From Candidatus Bathyarchaeota archaeon (GTDB lineage: Archaea; Thermoproteota; Bathyarchaeia; Hecatellales; Hecatellaceae), in NCBI GenBank assembly GCA_052246995.1, contig JBQPWD010000001.1, positions 64,001-128,000 on the forward strand: a stretch of 64,000 nt of DNA, in the 5' to 3' direction. This document shows positions 1-9,395 of the stretch, piece after piece. The notes beneath the pieces were generated by a model, which worked only from the letters and a program-made list of their open reading frames with translations, was not told the DNA's origin and did no database searches. Positions within the stretch are counted from its first letter, which is position 1; the number at the start of each line of letters is the position of its first letter. A program made the position numbers and the translations under genes.

Positions 1-2
1 AA

Positions 3-899
3 TGGGCTTCTGGTCAAGCTCAAAAAAATCCTTTAGGTCCAACACAGTTTGACCCGTTTAGGCTTCTTCAAGGAGCTCAAGGCACCATGGGAATAGTTAC
101 ATGGGCAACAGTTAAATGTGAGCTATTACCTGAAATTAGAAGACTTTTCTTTGTTCCGTCTGATAACCTTGAAGAACTTTTAGATTTTACCTACATAATT
201 TTAAGACGTAGACTTGGTGATGAGCTTTTCATATTAAACCGTATGAATATGGCTGCACTACTATGTAAGAGTCAAGCTAATATCGAGAAATTAAGGAAAA
301 AATTGCCTGAATGGATTTTGATTATCTGTTTATCAGGTCGTGGAAGATTAGCTAAAGATGAAATAGAATATCTAGAGGGGGATGTTAGCGATATTGCTTA
401 CAAGACAGGAGTTAAACTAGTATCTGAAGTAGGTGGAATTTTAGATAAAGAGTTTTTAGTGGTTCTTGAAGTAGGTTGCGAAGACCCTTACTGGAAGTTG
501 AGGTTTAAAGGGGGTGGTCAAGAAATTTTCTTCCTAACCACGCTTAATAAAACACCTGACTTCTTTAAGGCTTTTGTTGAGGTAGCTAAAGAAGAAAGAT
601 ATCCTGAAGAGGATATTGGTGTTTACATCCAACCTTTAGTGCAGGGTTGTTATTGTCATTGCGAGTTTGACCTTTATTACGGGTTAACTAACCAGGCTGA
701 GATAAGTAAGGTATACTACCTTTATATGAGAGGTGGAGAGGTCTTACTTAAGAAAGGAGGCTTTTTTAGTAGACCTTACGGACCATTTGCTAAGCTTGTT
801 TATAAGTATTGCCCGTCTGAAACTGTTGAAGCTCTTAGAAAAGTTAAGAGGATTTTTGATCCTGAAAATTTGATGAATCCTGGAAAATTATGCTTTTGA
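3..899 (+). CDS. FAD-binding oxidoreductase (GlcD/VAO-PCMH-like), 5' truncated by the window edge
   Basis: Frame is open from base 3 (WASGQAQKNPLGPTQFDPFRLLQGAQGTMGIVT). Carries the GAQGTMGIVT and C-terminal KRIFDPENLMNPGK motifs of FAD-linked oxidases. Confidence 0.85.
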   Translation, partial: WASGQAQKNPLGPTQFDPFRLLQGAQGTMGIVTWATVKCELLPEIRRLFFVPSDNLEELLDFTYIILRRRLGDELFILNRMNMAALLCKSQANIEKLRKKLPEWILIICLSGRGRLAKDEIEYLEGDVSDIAYKTGVKLVSEVGGILDKEFLVVLEVGCEDPYWKLRFKGGGQEIFFLTTLNKTPDFFKAFVEVAKEERYPEEDIGVYIQPLVQGCYCHCEFDLYYGLTNQAEISKVYYLYMRGGEVLLKKGGFFSRPYGPFAKLVYKYCPSETVEALRKVKRIFDPENLMNPGKLCF

Positions 900-910
900 G
901 GTGTTAAATT

Positions 911-2185
911 ATGCAAAGCTTGAAAGATTATGAAAAGATCGTAGCCAGCTGTGTTAGATGTTCTAATTGTAAATTTATTCCAGCACTCCAAGTCAAGAGT
1001 CAAAGGTTCTCAACAGTCTGTCCTGCTATTGACCGCTATAATTTTCATGCCTACTCTGGGGGTGGAAAAATGATTATAGCTTACTCCCTCCTTAAAGGAA
1101 GGATCAGCTATAGTGACGAGCTTATCAAGGTAATATATAGGTGCACCCTTTGTGGAGGTTGTGATATTTCATGTAAATACTTCTTTGACTTGGAACCTCT
1201 TGAAGTAATAAGCGAGTTAAGGTTTCATTGTGTTGAAAATGAAGCAGGTCCAATGCCACAGCATAAAAGATGGATTACAAGCATTAAACAAAACCATAAT
1301 CCATACGGGGAATCACATGAAAAAAGATTTTCATGGATGCCCAGCGGAGTTAAGCCACGTAGCACCTCCGAAACTGTTTACTTTGTAGGTTGTACACCTT
1401 CCTATAGGAGGAATGAAATAGCTAGGGCAACTATCAAAATACTTGATGTCCTCGATGTTAACTACATGATTCTTGAAGCGGATGAGTATTGTTGTGGTAG
1501 TCCTATGTTTAGAGTTGGAGCGAAAAAAGAAGCTTTAAAACTGATGTCCCGAAATGTGGAAACCCTAAAAAAATATGGTATTAAAAGAATTATAACCAGT
1601 TGTGCTGGCTGCTACAGCATGTTTAAGGTTGAATATCCCAAGTACCTTAACACAAATTTTGAAGCTCTTCATGTTTCTGAATTACTTGACTTTATGATTA
1701 AGAGCGGGGAGTTAAAGTTTGTCAGGGATGTACCATTGAAGGTTACTTATCATGATCCTTGCCATTTAGGAAGGAACTCAGAACCTTATACGCCATGGAA
1801 GGGTGAGCTAGTGAAGGTGGTTTCACGTGTGTATATACCTGTTCCCCCTAAACCTATCAGGAGGGGTACAAATGGAGTATACGAAGCTCCAAGAAACATT
1901 CTTAGAAATATACCTGGCTTAAAGTTGATTGAAATGGAAAGGATAAGAGAATATGCCTACTGTTGTGGGGCGGGGGGAGGAGTTAAATCCGCTTTTCCTG
2001 ATTTTGCCTTATGGGTTGCGGGTAAAAGAATAGAGGAGGCTAAAGCCACAGGTGCTGAAGCATTAGTCTCATGTTGTCCTTTTTGTGCCACAAACTTTAA
2101 AGATGCTTTAAAGGAGAGAAGTGAAAAGATGAATTACTATGATATAACGGAACTTGTCTTAATGGCTATAGGAGGTGATGCTTAA
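911..2185 (+). CDS. Fe-S/CCG-domain protein (HdrD/GlcF-like)
   Basis: CVRCSNC and CTLCGGC ferredoxin-type motifs, two CCG domains (CCGSP...SCAGC; YHDPCHLGR...CCGAGGG...CCPFC), GAGGTG SD. Confidence 0.88.
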   Translation: MQSLKDYEKIVASCVRCSNCKFIPALQVKSQRFSTVCPAIDRYNFHAYSGGGKMIIAYSLLKGRISYSDELIKVIYRCTLCGGCDISCKYFFDLEPLEVISELRFHCVENEAGPMPQHKRWITSIKQNHNPYGESHEKRFSWMPSGVKPRSTSETVYFVGCTPSYRRNEIARATIKILDVLDVNYMILEADEYCCGSPMFRVGAKKEALKLMSRNVETLKKYGIKRIITSCAGCYSMFKVEYPKYLNTNFEALHVSELLDFMIKSGELKFVRDVPLKVTYHDPCHLGRNSEPYTPWKGELVKVVSRVYIPVPPKPIRRGTNGVYEAPRNILRNIPGLKLIEMERIREYAYCCGAGGGVKSAFPDFALWVAGKRIEEAKATGAEALVSCCPFCATNFKDALKERSEKMNYYDITELVLMAIGGDA

Positions 2186-3753
2186 TGTTAGAAAGAGAAG
2201 TTTATAAAGCCCTTGAGGAGATTGTTGGACCTGAAAATATAACAGATGAACCTGCCATCCTTGACACGTACGCTTACCAGTGGGGAATTGAGGTTGAAAG
2301 GGCGTTAAGAGGTGAAGAACCTTCACGCTTTGGCTATAGACCAGAAGCCGTTGTTCTTCCTTCATGCACCAGTGAAGTTCAAGCAGTTGTTAGGATTTGT
2401 AATAAGTTTGGTTTAAAATTTAAGGCCCACAGTACTGGTCTTGGGAATTGGGCGGCAGTATCTAGACAAGGTGTTATACTGCTTGACCTTAGAAGGATGA
2501 ATAGAATAATTAAAATAGATGAGAAAAACATGTATGCGGTAATAGAACCTTATGTAACAGGTGCTCAACTTCAAGCTGAGTTAATAAAAAGAGGTCTAAC
2601 TCATCATCTTCATGGAGCTGGTCCTCAAACATCTCCTTTAGCAAGTCATACTTCCATGTGTGGTCCAGGTTTTACCTCTGTAAGCACAGGGTTTAGTGGA
2701 AGAAACTTATTAGCCGTAGAATGGGTTCTTCCAACCGGGGATATTTTAAGGTTAGGGTCACTTAACCTTGGAGAGGAATGGTTCAGTGGGGATGGGCCTG
2801 GTCCAAGTCTTAGAGGGGTTATGAGAGGTTTTATGGGTACCCTCGGAGGACTTGGAGTGTTTACAAAGTGTGCCATCAAGGTTTATCCATGGCCTGGACC
2901 AAAAGAATGGGAGGTACGCGGAACCATTCCAAATTACGAGTTTGAGGTTCCACCTTACTGGGAAATGTACATAATAACCTACTCTGATTGGAGTAAACTA
3001 GAAGAAGCTTACTATAGGATTGGAGAAGCCGAAGTAGCTACAATAGCAAATTCAACCTCTCCTGAAGGAGTTGCAACAATGCTCTCCTCAACAAGGGATG
3101 AAGCCATAAGTAGAATTCTAGAGTATTCAGGTAAAATTCAGATGGCTATTGTGGTATTAGTAACAGCACATACTGAAAGAGAATTCAACTATAAAACTAG
3201 GGTAATGAGTGAAATAATAAAAGAAACAGGTGGAGTAGACCTTGTTGAGAAGGGAGAGGTAAAGATTAAGTCGATAAACTATGCTGAGGGTGTTAGAAAC
3301 ATGTGGGGAAGCGCAGCATTCCGTTTTACTTCATGTTTTCAAAGTACTCATGGAAGTATGGATACGACCGCTATGGCTTTAAAGATTGCTAAAGTAAACA
3401 AGGATATTAAGCTTAAGTACATTAGGAAGGAGCTCATAGGGGATGATAGAGGAGAAGGAATATGGACCACTATCTTTGAACATGGACACTTCCAACATTT
3501 AGAAGTTCCAACAATATATGATCCTACAGATCCGGAGTCATGTAGGGGGTTTGCAGAATACTTAAAAGAATGTAATGAAGCAGACGTAGAGCACAAACTC
3601 GGAGTTCCGTTCTTTATAATAGGAGATAATCTTCATAACTGGTTTGGTCCCTACTGTAATAACTACCAGATATGGCTTCGAAAAATTAAAAAAGAATTTG
3701 ACCCAAACAATACCTCTGACCCCGGACACTACGTATCCTCAGAGGAAAGCTAG
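2185..3753 (+). CDS. FAD-binding oxidoreductase (GlcD/PCMH-like)
   Basis: PEAVVLP...EVQAVV, LDLRRMNRII, EWVLPTGD, GGLGVFTK and KKEFDPNN motifs; 1-nt overlap with the upstream gene. Confidence 0.88.
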   Translation: MLEREVYKALEEIVGPENITDEPAILDTYAYQWGIEVERALRGEEPSRFGYRPEAVVLPSCTSEVQAVVRICNKFGLKFKAHSTGLGNWAAVSRQGVILLDLRRMNRIIKIDEKNMYAVIEPYVTGAQLQAELIKRGLTHHLHGAGPQTSPLASHTSMCGPGFTSVSTGFSGRNLLAVEWVLPTGDILRLGSLNLGEEWFSGDGPGPSLRGVMRGFMGTLGGLGVFTKCAIKVYPWPGPKEWEVRGTIPNYEFEVPPYWEMYIITYSDWSKLEEAYYRIGEAEVATIANSTSPEGVATMLSSTRDEAISRILEYSGKIQMAIVVLVTAHTEREFNYKTRVMSEIIKETGGVDLVEKGEVKIKSINYAEGVRNMWGSAAFRFTSCFQSTHGSMDTTAMALKIAKVNKDIKLKYIRKELIGDDRGEGIWTTIFEHGHFQHLEVPTIYDPTDPESCRGFAEYLKECNEADVEHKLGVPFFIIGDNLHNWFGPYCNNYQIWLRKIKKEFDPNNTSDPGHYVSSEES

Positions 3754-3963
3754 AAAGGTAAGGACAATACTACATTACCTGCCTGCATCATTAATACTCA
3801 AATTTTTACATAATCCGGTTTCTTAAACATCCTTCCATAATCGGCCCCGACCATGATTTTTGAGAGAGCCAAAATTTTTAGCTTTCAAGTTTAAATCTTT
3901 AAATAGATTGAAAATTTAATGGAATGAGGTCAACTTTTAAAGGCTTACTGTTAAGGTGGAAGT

Positions 3964-4638
3964 TTGAGAAAAAAGGTAAAGGTTAAGGCTGTACTTTTTG
4001 ATTTTGATGGTACAATAATGGATTCCATGGGCATATTATATGAAATATTTAATGCTGTTTTGAAGAAGTTTGGTTTACCGTCGATTACACCTCAACAGTT
4101 TTGTGAGAAAGCTGGTAGACCTGTTAGTGGCATTCTTAGAAAAACTGTTTTGAAAAATAGAAAAATTGATGATGCTTTTGTGAAAAGCTTTGAAAGCGAG
4201 TTTGTTAAAATGTATGTTGAGGAGGGTTTCAAAAATAGTAAACCTTTTCCCAATATATACAAAACATTAGATTTTTTGCGTCTTCACGGTATTAAAACTG
4301 CTGTTGTAACGGCAACGCCAAGAGCCTTTTTAGAAGACAACCTGAACAGGTTTAATTTAAAAAGATATTTTGATGTTGTTGTTGCAAGGGAGGATGTTAA
4401 AAATTTTAAGCCTGCTCCAGATGCTATTTTACAAGCTATTACACTTTTAAAGGTTAAACCTAATGAATGTGTAATCGTTGGAGATAGTCCTCTTGATATT
4501 AGAGCTGGAAAAAAAGCTAAGATTAAAACCATAGCGGTTTCTACTGGTTTATGCAGTAAAGAAAGGTTGCAAAAGGAAAAACCTACGTTGCTGATAGAAG
4601 ATATTTCAGAGCTTCTGGAAATTATCCAAAAAACGTAG
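3964..4638 (+). CDS. HAD-family hydrolase (phosphoglycolate phosphatase-like)
   Basis: FDFDGT, KPAPD and VGDSPLD HAD motifs. Confidence 0.88.
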   Translation: MRKKVKVKAVLFDFDGTIMDSMGILYEIFNAVLKKFGLPSITPQQFCEKAGRPVSGILRKTVLKNRKIDDAFVKSFESEFVKMYVEEGFKNSKPFPNIYKTLDFLRLHGIKTAVVTATPRAFLEDNLNRFNLKRYFDVVVAREDVKNFKPAPDAILQAITLLKVKPNECVIVGDSPLDIRAGKKAKIKTIAVSTGLCSKERLQKEKPTLLIEDISELLEIIQKT

Positions 4639-4799
4639 AGTACAAATAAAGGCTATTTCTCTATCCACTTCTTAGCATTTAACTTTTTATATTCGACAAA
4701 TGAGCATTATCAAACAGAATGTTTGTACATTTATCTTTTTACAAAAATTTTTTGACTAAAAGTTTTTATATAACTTCAAACCATCAGTTTTGATATGAT

Positions 4800-6197
4800 G
4801 TGCAATTTTCCTGGCAGAAAGGTGAAAGGTTGGTGGCAAAATTAAATCCAAAAAACTTTGAAGCTATCCTTGAAAAGCTTGAAGAAAAAAGAATGCTGCA
4901 AATTAGTTTAATAAGAAGTTTAACAAGTAGAGAATTTAACCCTGAAATGTGGGAAAAGCTTAAAGAATCGTTATACTACTACAAGCCTCTTAATGTTAAC
5001 GTTATAGTTGATGATACAACCTTACGAGAAGGTCTTCAAATGGCTGAACTTATAAGTCCAAACCCTTATGACATGTGTAAAATTGCATGTTTACTTAGGG
5101 ATATTGGTGTTGAAAGAATTGAAGTTATAACTTATACAAAGTCCGACCAAGATGCAATTAAACTTATGCATGATGAAGGCTTAGGGGAAATGTTGGCTGG
5201 TTGGTGTAGAGCAAGTAAAGATGATGTAGATTTGGCATTAAAGCTTGATTTTAAGCAAATAGGTATTTCTCATCCTGTATCTTACATTCACTTTGAAAAG
5301 TGGAAAGGTGAAAGACTGGATAAAATTGTTGAGGGTATTGCTGAAAGTGTTGAATATGCTGTAGACCATGGTTTAAAAGTTTTTTTCCATGGTGAAGATT
5401 GTACAAGAGCTGACTGGGAATTTGAAAAATTTGTTGTAAACGTTGTCGCTGAAGCTGGGGCAATGGTTTACAGGATATGCGACACAGTTGGTATAGGAAA
5501 TTCGGATCCTGGTTTTCCCTTACCTTCAGGAATCCCAACAAAGGTTAAAAAGCTTAAAGAGGAAACAAAAATTCCCTACCTTGAAATTCATGCGCATGAT
5601 GACCTTGGAAATGCTGTTGAAAATACCATGGCCGCCATAAGAGCTGCTTCAGGATTATATGATAAGTTTTACGTTAGCACTACCTTTTTAGGTATTGGGG
5701 AGAGGTGTGGAAATGCTGAAACCGAAAAAATAATTATGAATTGTTACATGCATCACAACATTAAAAAATGGAACCTAGGTCTTCTAAGATATACTGCAAA
5801 CTATATTGCCACAGCCTTAAACTACTACTTACCATTAAATAAAGCCATTGTTGGAGATGCAGCTTTCCAACATGAATCAGGAATACACCTTCAAGGGATA
5901 AAGAATTTATCATTAACCTATGAACTCTATCCTCCAGAACTTGTAGGTCAAAAAAGAAGAATAATTATAGGTAAAAGGTCAGGTAAACATGGTATCCATA
6001 TGAAGGTTGAAGAAAAAATCGGTAAAGTTGTAGAGGAAGATGACCCAAGATTAGCACAACTTGTTCAAATAGTTAAGGATAAGTATTCAGCTGGGGATAG
6101 AAGGTTTGCTCTAAGCGAAGACGAATTTATGGAGCTTTTAAAACAAGTAGGCTTTGTACAAAATAACATCGAAAAAGACACAACTCTAAAAACCTAA
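4800..6197 (+). CDS. DRE-TIM metallolyase (homocitrate/isopropylmalate/Re-citrate synthase family)
   Basis: DTTLREG, HAHDDLGNA, GIGERCGNA, HESGIH and IGKRSG motifs; true start probably TTG/GTG near 4830. Confidence 0.85.
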   Translation: MQFSWQKGERLVAKLNPKNFEAILEKLEEKRMLQISLIRSLTSREFNPEMWEKLKESLYYYKPLNVNVIVDDTTLREGLQMAELISPNPYDMCKIACLLRDIGVERIEVITYTKSDQDAIKLMHDEGLGEMLAGWCRASKDDVDLALKLDFKQIGISHPVSYIHFEKWKGERLDKIVEGIAESVEYAVDHGLKVFFHGEDCTRADWEFEKFVVNVVAEAGAMVYRICDTVGIGNSDPGFPLPSGIPTKVKKLKEETKIPYLEIHAHDDLGNAVENTMAAIRAASGLYDKFYVSTTFLGIGERCGNAETEKIIMNCYMHHNIKKWNLGLLRYTANYIATALNYYLPLNKAIVGDAAFQHESGIHLQGIKNLSLTYELYPPELVGQKRRIIIGKRSGKHGIHMKVEEKIGKVVEEDDPRLAQLVQIVKDKYSAGDRRFALSEDEFMELLKQVGFVQNNIEKDTTLKT

Positions 6198-6309
6198 ATG
6201 TCCTCTTTTAACACAAAAACTTCTGAAAATTTTCCCTCTTTTTTCTTGGAAAAGCTTTTCCTAACACTTATTAGAAAATTATCAGGTTTTAAATAGGTAG
6301 AACAAGTTT

Positions 6310-6804
6310 TTAGAGCTTTAAAGCCCATTCTACACCTTGTCCAGGTTTTTCTTCAATTATTACGGAAATGGTTTTGATATTTCCCATTTTAAATGCTCCA
6401 TCCATCTTAAGCTTGCTTATAAGCTTTAAGCAGAAATCCTTAGCTAAATTTTCACATGTAGAGTCTTCAACTTCAAGTTTAACAACATCTTCTAATGGGA
6501 AAACGTACCTTTTACCTTTAAATGTTTTAACTTCAACATAATCCTCATGTTCCTCTATTTTTAATAAAGGATTTAAAACTGGTAGTAAAAACTTATGGTC
6601 ATAATACTTACAAACGTTTAAAGCAGCCTTTTTTAGAGTTAAAAAGTTGATAATAACTCCTTGCAAAGGTTCACCATCAACATAAATCCTAACATGGTAA
6701 TTATGTCCATGCAAAGTTTCACAAAAATCTTTACCTGTTAAAAAGTGTGCTGAGGAAAAGTTTAAATTATCTCCTTCAATGATAAGTTTCAAGGTTTTCA
6801 CCAA
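6310..6804 (-). CDS. queD: 6-carboxytetrahydropterin synthase (6-pyruvoyl-tetrahydropterin synthase family)
   Basis: FSSAH, CETLHGHNY, DHKFL and STCENLA motifs. Confidence 0.85.
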   Translation of the reverse strand: MVKTLKLIIEGDNLNFSSAHFLTGKDFCETLHGHNYHVRIYVDGEPLQGVIINFLTLKKAALNVCKYYDHKFLLPVLNPLLKIEEHEDYVEVKTFKGKRYVFPLEDVVKLEVEDSTCENLAKDFCLKLISKLKMDGAFKMGNIKTISVIIEEKPGQGVEWALKL

Positions 6805-6966
6805 AATCGCGCTTAAGGTTAAGTTAGGTCCTTAACTGGTGATATTGGTAAGTTTCAAATAGTTATACTTATTGTTTCCTTTTATATGAAGCCAAAAAAG
6901 CTTTAGTTACACTACAGAACATAATAACTTTACAAGAACGAGCTAAATGTTAAGTAGTGGTAAAAA

Positions 6967-8760
6967 TTGGTTGAAAAAATACTACCTGATACTTCAGTTA
7001 TAATTAACGGTATGATGTTTAACCTTCTTGAATCAGAAAAATTTGAAGATGTTGAAATACTTATACCAACAATAGTTGTTGAAGAACTTCAGTCACAAGC
7101 TTCCAAGGGAAGAGAATCTGGTTTTATTGGTTTAAAAGAGCTTAAAAAACTTAGAGAATTATGTGAGAAAAAGGGTTTTCACATAATTTTTATCGGAGAA
7201 AGACCTAGCCTAGACGATATAAGGCTTGCTAAAAGTGGGCGTCTAGATGCTCTTATAATGGATATCGCTAAAAAGCTAGGATGTACTCTTTACACCTCTG
7301 ACTATGTTCAAGCTTTAACTTCTGAAGCTTATGGTGTTAAAGTTAGATACATTGTTTTTGAGGGTAAATCTAGAAAGCTTAAATTTGAAGAGTTTTTTAC
7401 ACCTGACACTTTAAGCATTCATCTTAAGGAGGATGTACCACCCCTAGCAAAAAGAGGTTTTCCAGGGAATTTTAAGCTTGTTAAAATTGGAAGTAAAGTT
7501 TTAACGGTGAAGGATGTTGAAGAGGTTATAAGTGAAATTTTTGAGGCTATGCGTAGTGGTGAAGGTTTTTACGAGATTAGTAGAAGTGGTGCAATGATTA
7601 TTCAGCTTAGGGATTACCGTATAGCAATATCAAGACCACCGTTTTCAGATGGTTTAGAGGTTACAATAGTTAAACCTATAGTAAAGCTTAAACTTGAAGA
7701 TTACAAGTTAAGCGAAAAACTTATGGCAAGGCTTAAAGAAAAAGCTGAGGGAATACTTATTGCAGGCCCTCCAGGTTCTGGCAAAACAACTTTTGCATCG
7801 TCGTTAGCTGAATTTTATATGTCTCAAGGAAAAATTGTAAAAACGTTGGAAGCTCCAAGAGACCTTCAGGTTGGGCCTGAAATAACCCAGTATAGACCTT
7901 TAGAAGGCAGTTTTGAGAAGGCTTCTGAAATTCTTTTACTTGTAAGGCCTGACTATACTATTTTTGATGAGCTTAGAAAAACTGAAGATTTTAATGTTTT
8001 TGCGGATATGAGGCTTGCAGGTGTTGGTATGGTTGGCGTTGTTCATGCAAGCAATCCTATAGATGCTATTCAAAGGTTTATTGGTAGAGTTGAACTTGGA
8101 ATGATACCTCATATAGTTGATACTTTAATATTTGTCCGTTATGGTAAGATAGAAAAGGTTTACGAGTTAACTTTAAAAGTTAAAATCCCAACAGGTATGA
8201 CAAGTGAAGACTTAGCAAGACCTGTTATTGAGGTTAGAGATTTTGAGTCAGGTAAACTTGAATACGAAATTTATACCTTTGGGAACGAAAATGCGGTTAT
8301 CCCGGTGGTTGGGGTTGAAGAAAAAACTCTAACTCAAAAACTTGCTGAAGAAAGAATTTTAAGCGAAATTAGAAGGTTTGACCCTTATGCTGAAATTGAA
8401 ATTAAAAATAATACTGCAGTTGTTAAGGTTTCTAGAAGAGTGATACCAAAGCTTGTTGGTAAAGGTGGAAAAACAATTTTAAGCTTAGAAAGAAAACTTG
8501 GAATTAAACTTGAAGTTCAGCCAAGAGAAAAACTTGAGAATGAAGTTAAATTTAAAATTGAAGAAACCGAGAACACCATTGACCTAGTTTTTGATGAAAA
8601 TTGTATTGGAAAAACGGTTTGTATCTATGTTGGTGATGAACTTCTTTTTCCCGTAACAGTTGGCAAGAACGCTCAAGTAAAAATATCAAAAAGAAGCATT
8701 ACTGGAAAAAAGTTGGCTGAGGCTTTAAATCAAGGAAGAACGATAAGGGTTACCATCTAA
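6967..8760 (+). CDS. PIN-domain ATPase with KH domain (PINA, Holliday-junction branch migration)
   Basis: N-terminal PIN (LPDTSVII), Walker A GPPGSGKT, RPDYTIFDE, KH motif LVGKGG. Confidence 0.9.
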   Translation: MVEKILPDTSVIINGMMFNLLESEKFEDVEILIPTIVVEELQSQASKGRESGFIGLKELKKLRELCEKKGFHIIFIGERPSLDDIRLAKSGRLDALIMDIAKKLGCTLYTSDYVQALTSEAYGVKVRYIVFEGKSRKLKFEEFFTPDTLSIHLKEDVPPLAKRGFPGNFKLVKIGSKVLTVKDVEEVISEIFEAMRSGEGFYEISRSGAMIIQLRDYRIAISRPPFSDGLEVTIVKPIVKLKLEDYKLSEKLMARLKEKAEGILIAGPPGSGKTTFASSLAEFYMSQGKIVKTLEAPRDLQVGPEITQYRPLEGSFEKASEILLLVRPDYTIFDELRKTEDFNVFADMRLAGVGMVGVVHASNPIDAIQRFIGRVELGMIPHIVDTLIFVRYGKIEKVYELTLKVKIPTGMTSEDLARPVIEVRDFESGKLEYEIYTFGNENAVIPVVGVEEKTLTQKLAEERILSEIRRFDPYAEIEIKNNTAVVKVSRRVIPKLVGKGGKTILSLERKLGIKLEVQPREKLENEVKFKIEETENTIDLVFDENCIGKTVCIYVGDELLFPVTVGKNAQVKISKRSITGKKLAEALNQGRTIRVTI

Positions 8761-8775
8761 ACTAAAAATTTATAT

Positions 8776-9255
8776 ATGGCATTCCAGGTAAAACCGATAA
8801 AATTGGTGGTTTCTTTGACAAGCGTCAAAGAAAAGAAAAGTTTAAAAATTTCTTCTATTCTGCTTGTGGTGTCTGCGCTTATCGCCATAATTTTTGGTTT
8901 AATATACTGTTTTACTCAAGACCTCATGTACTACCATCAGGATTATACAGGCCTTAAAATAGCTGACATAGCAAAATTTAACCCTAAATTTGCTTTCCTA
9001 ACAATGATTTTCCTAAGAGTTATTGGTGTTTACCTAATAGGTTACGGAATTTTGCTTACATTTATAGCGGTTAAGAGCTTTCTTAGAGCTGAAAAGTGGG
9101 CTTGGGGTGCTGTTCTAGTTGGAGGTTTAGCAACAAACATTCCAACATTAGTAATAACTTATACTGTTAAAGGTCCATGGATTGCTGCTCTTATAACCCT
9201 TATACTACTAGTGGTAGCATTAACCTTACCCGTGAAAGAGTTCTTTCGTAAGTAA
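8776..9255 (+). CDS. hypothetical membrane protein (about 4 TM)
   Basis: Four hydrophobic segments; start probably TTG near 8815. Confidence 0.7.
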   Translation: MAFQVKPIKLVVSLTSVKEKKSLKISSILLVVSALIAIIFGLIYCFTQDLMYYHQDYTGLKIADIAKFNPKFAFLTMIFLRVIGVYLIGYGILLTFIAVKSFLRAEKWAWGAVLVGGLATNIPTLVITYTVKGPWIAALITLILLVVALTLPVKEFFRK

Positions 9256-9395
9256 AAATGGGGATGTTTGTATCTAAAAGGCTTAAATTTTATCTATTTT
9301 TTTGAACGTCATGTTACCGATTAAAACCTTTTTTAACAGAAACAGATTTATTTTTCACCTAGGATAAGAAACCTCATAGGTGGTGGATAGCTAAA

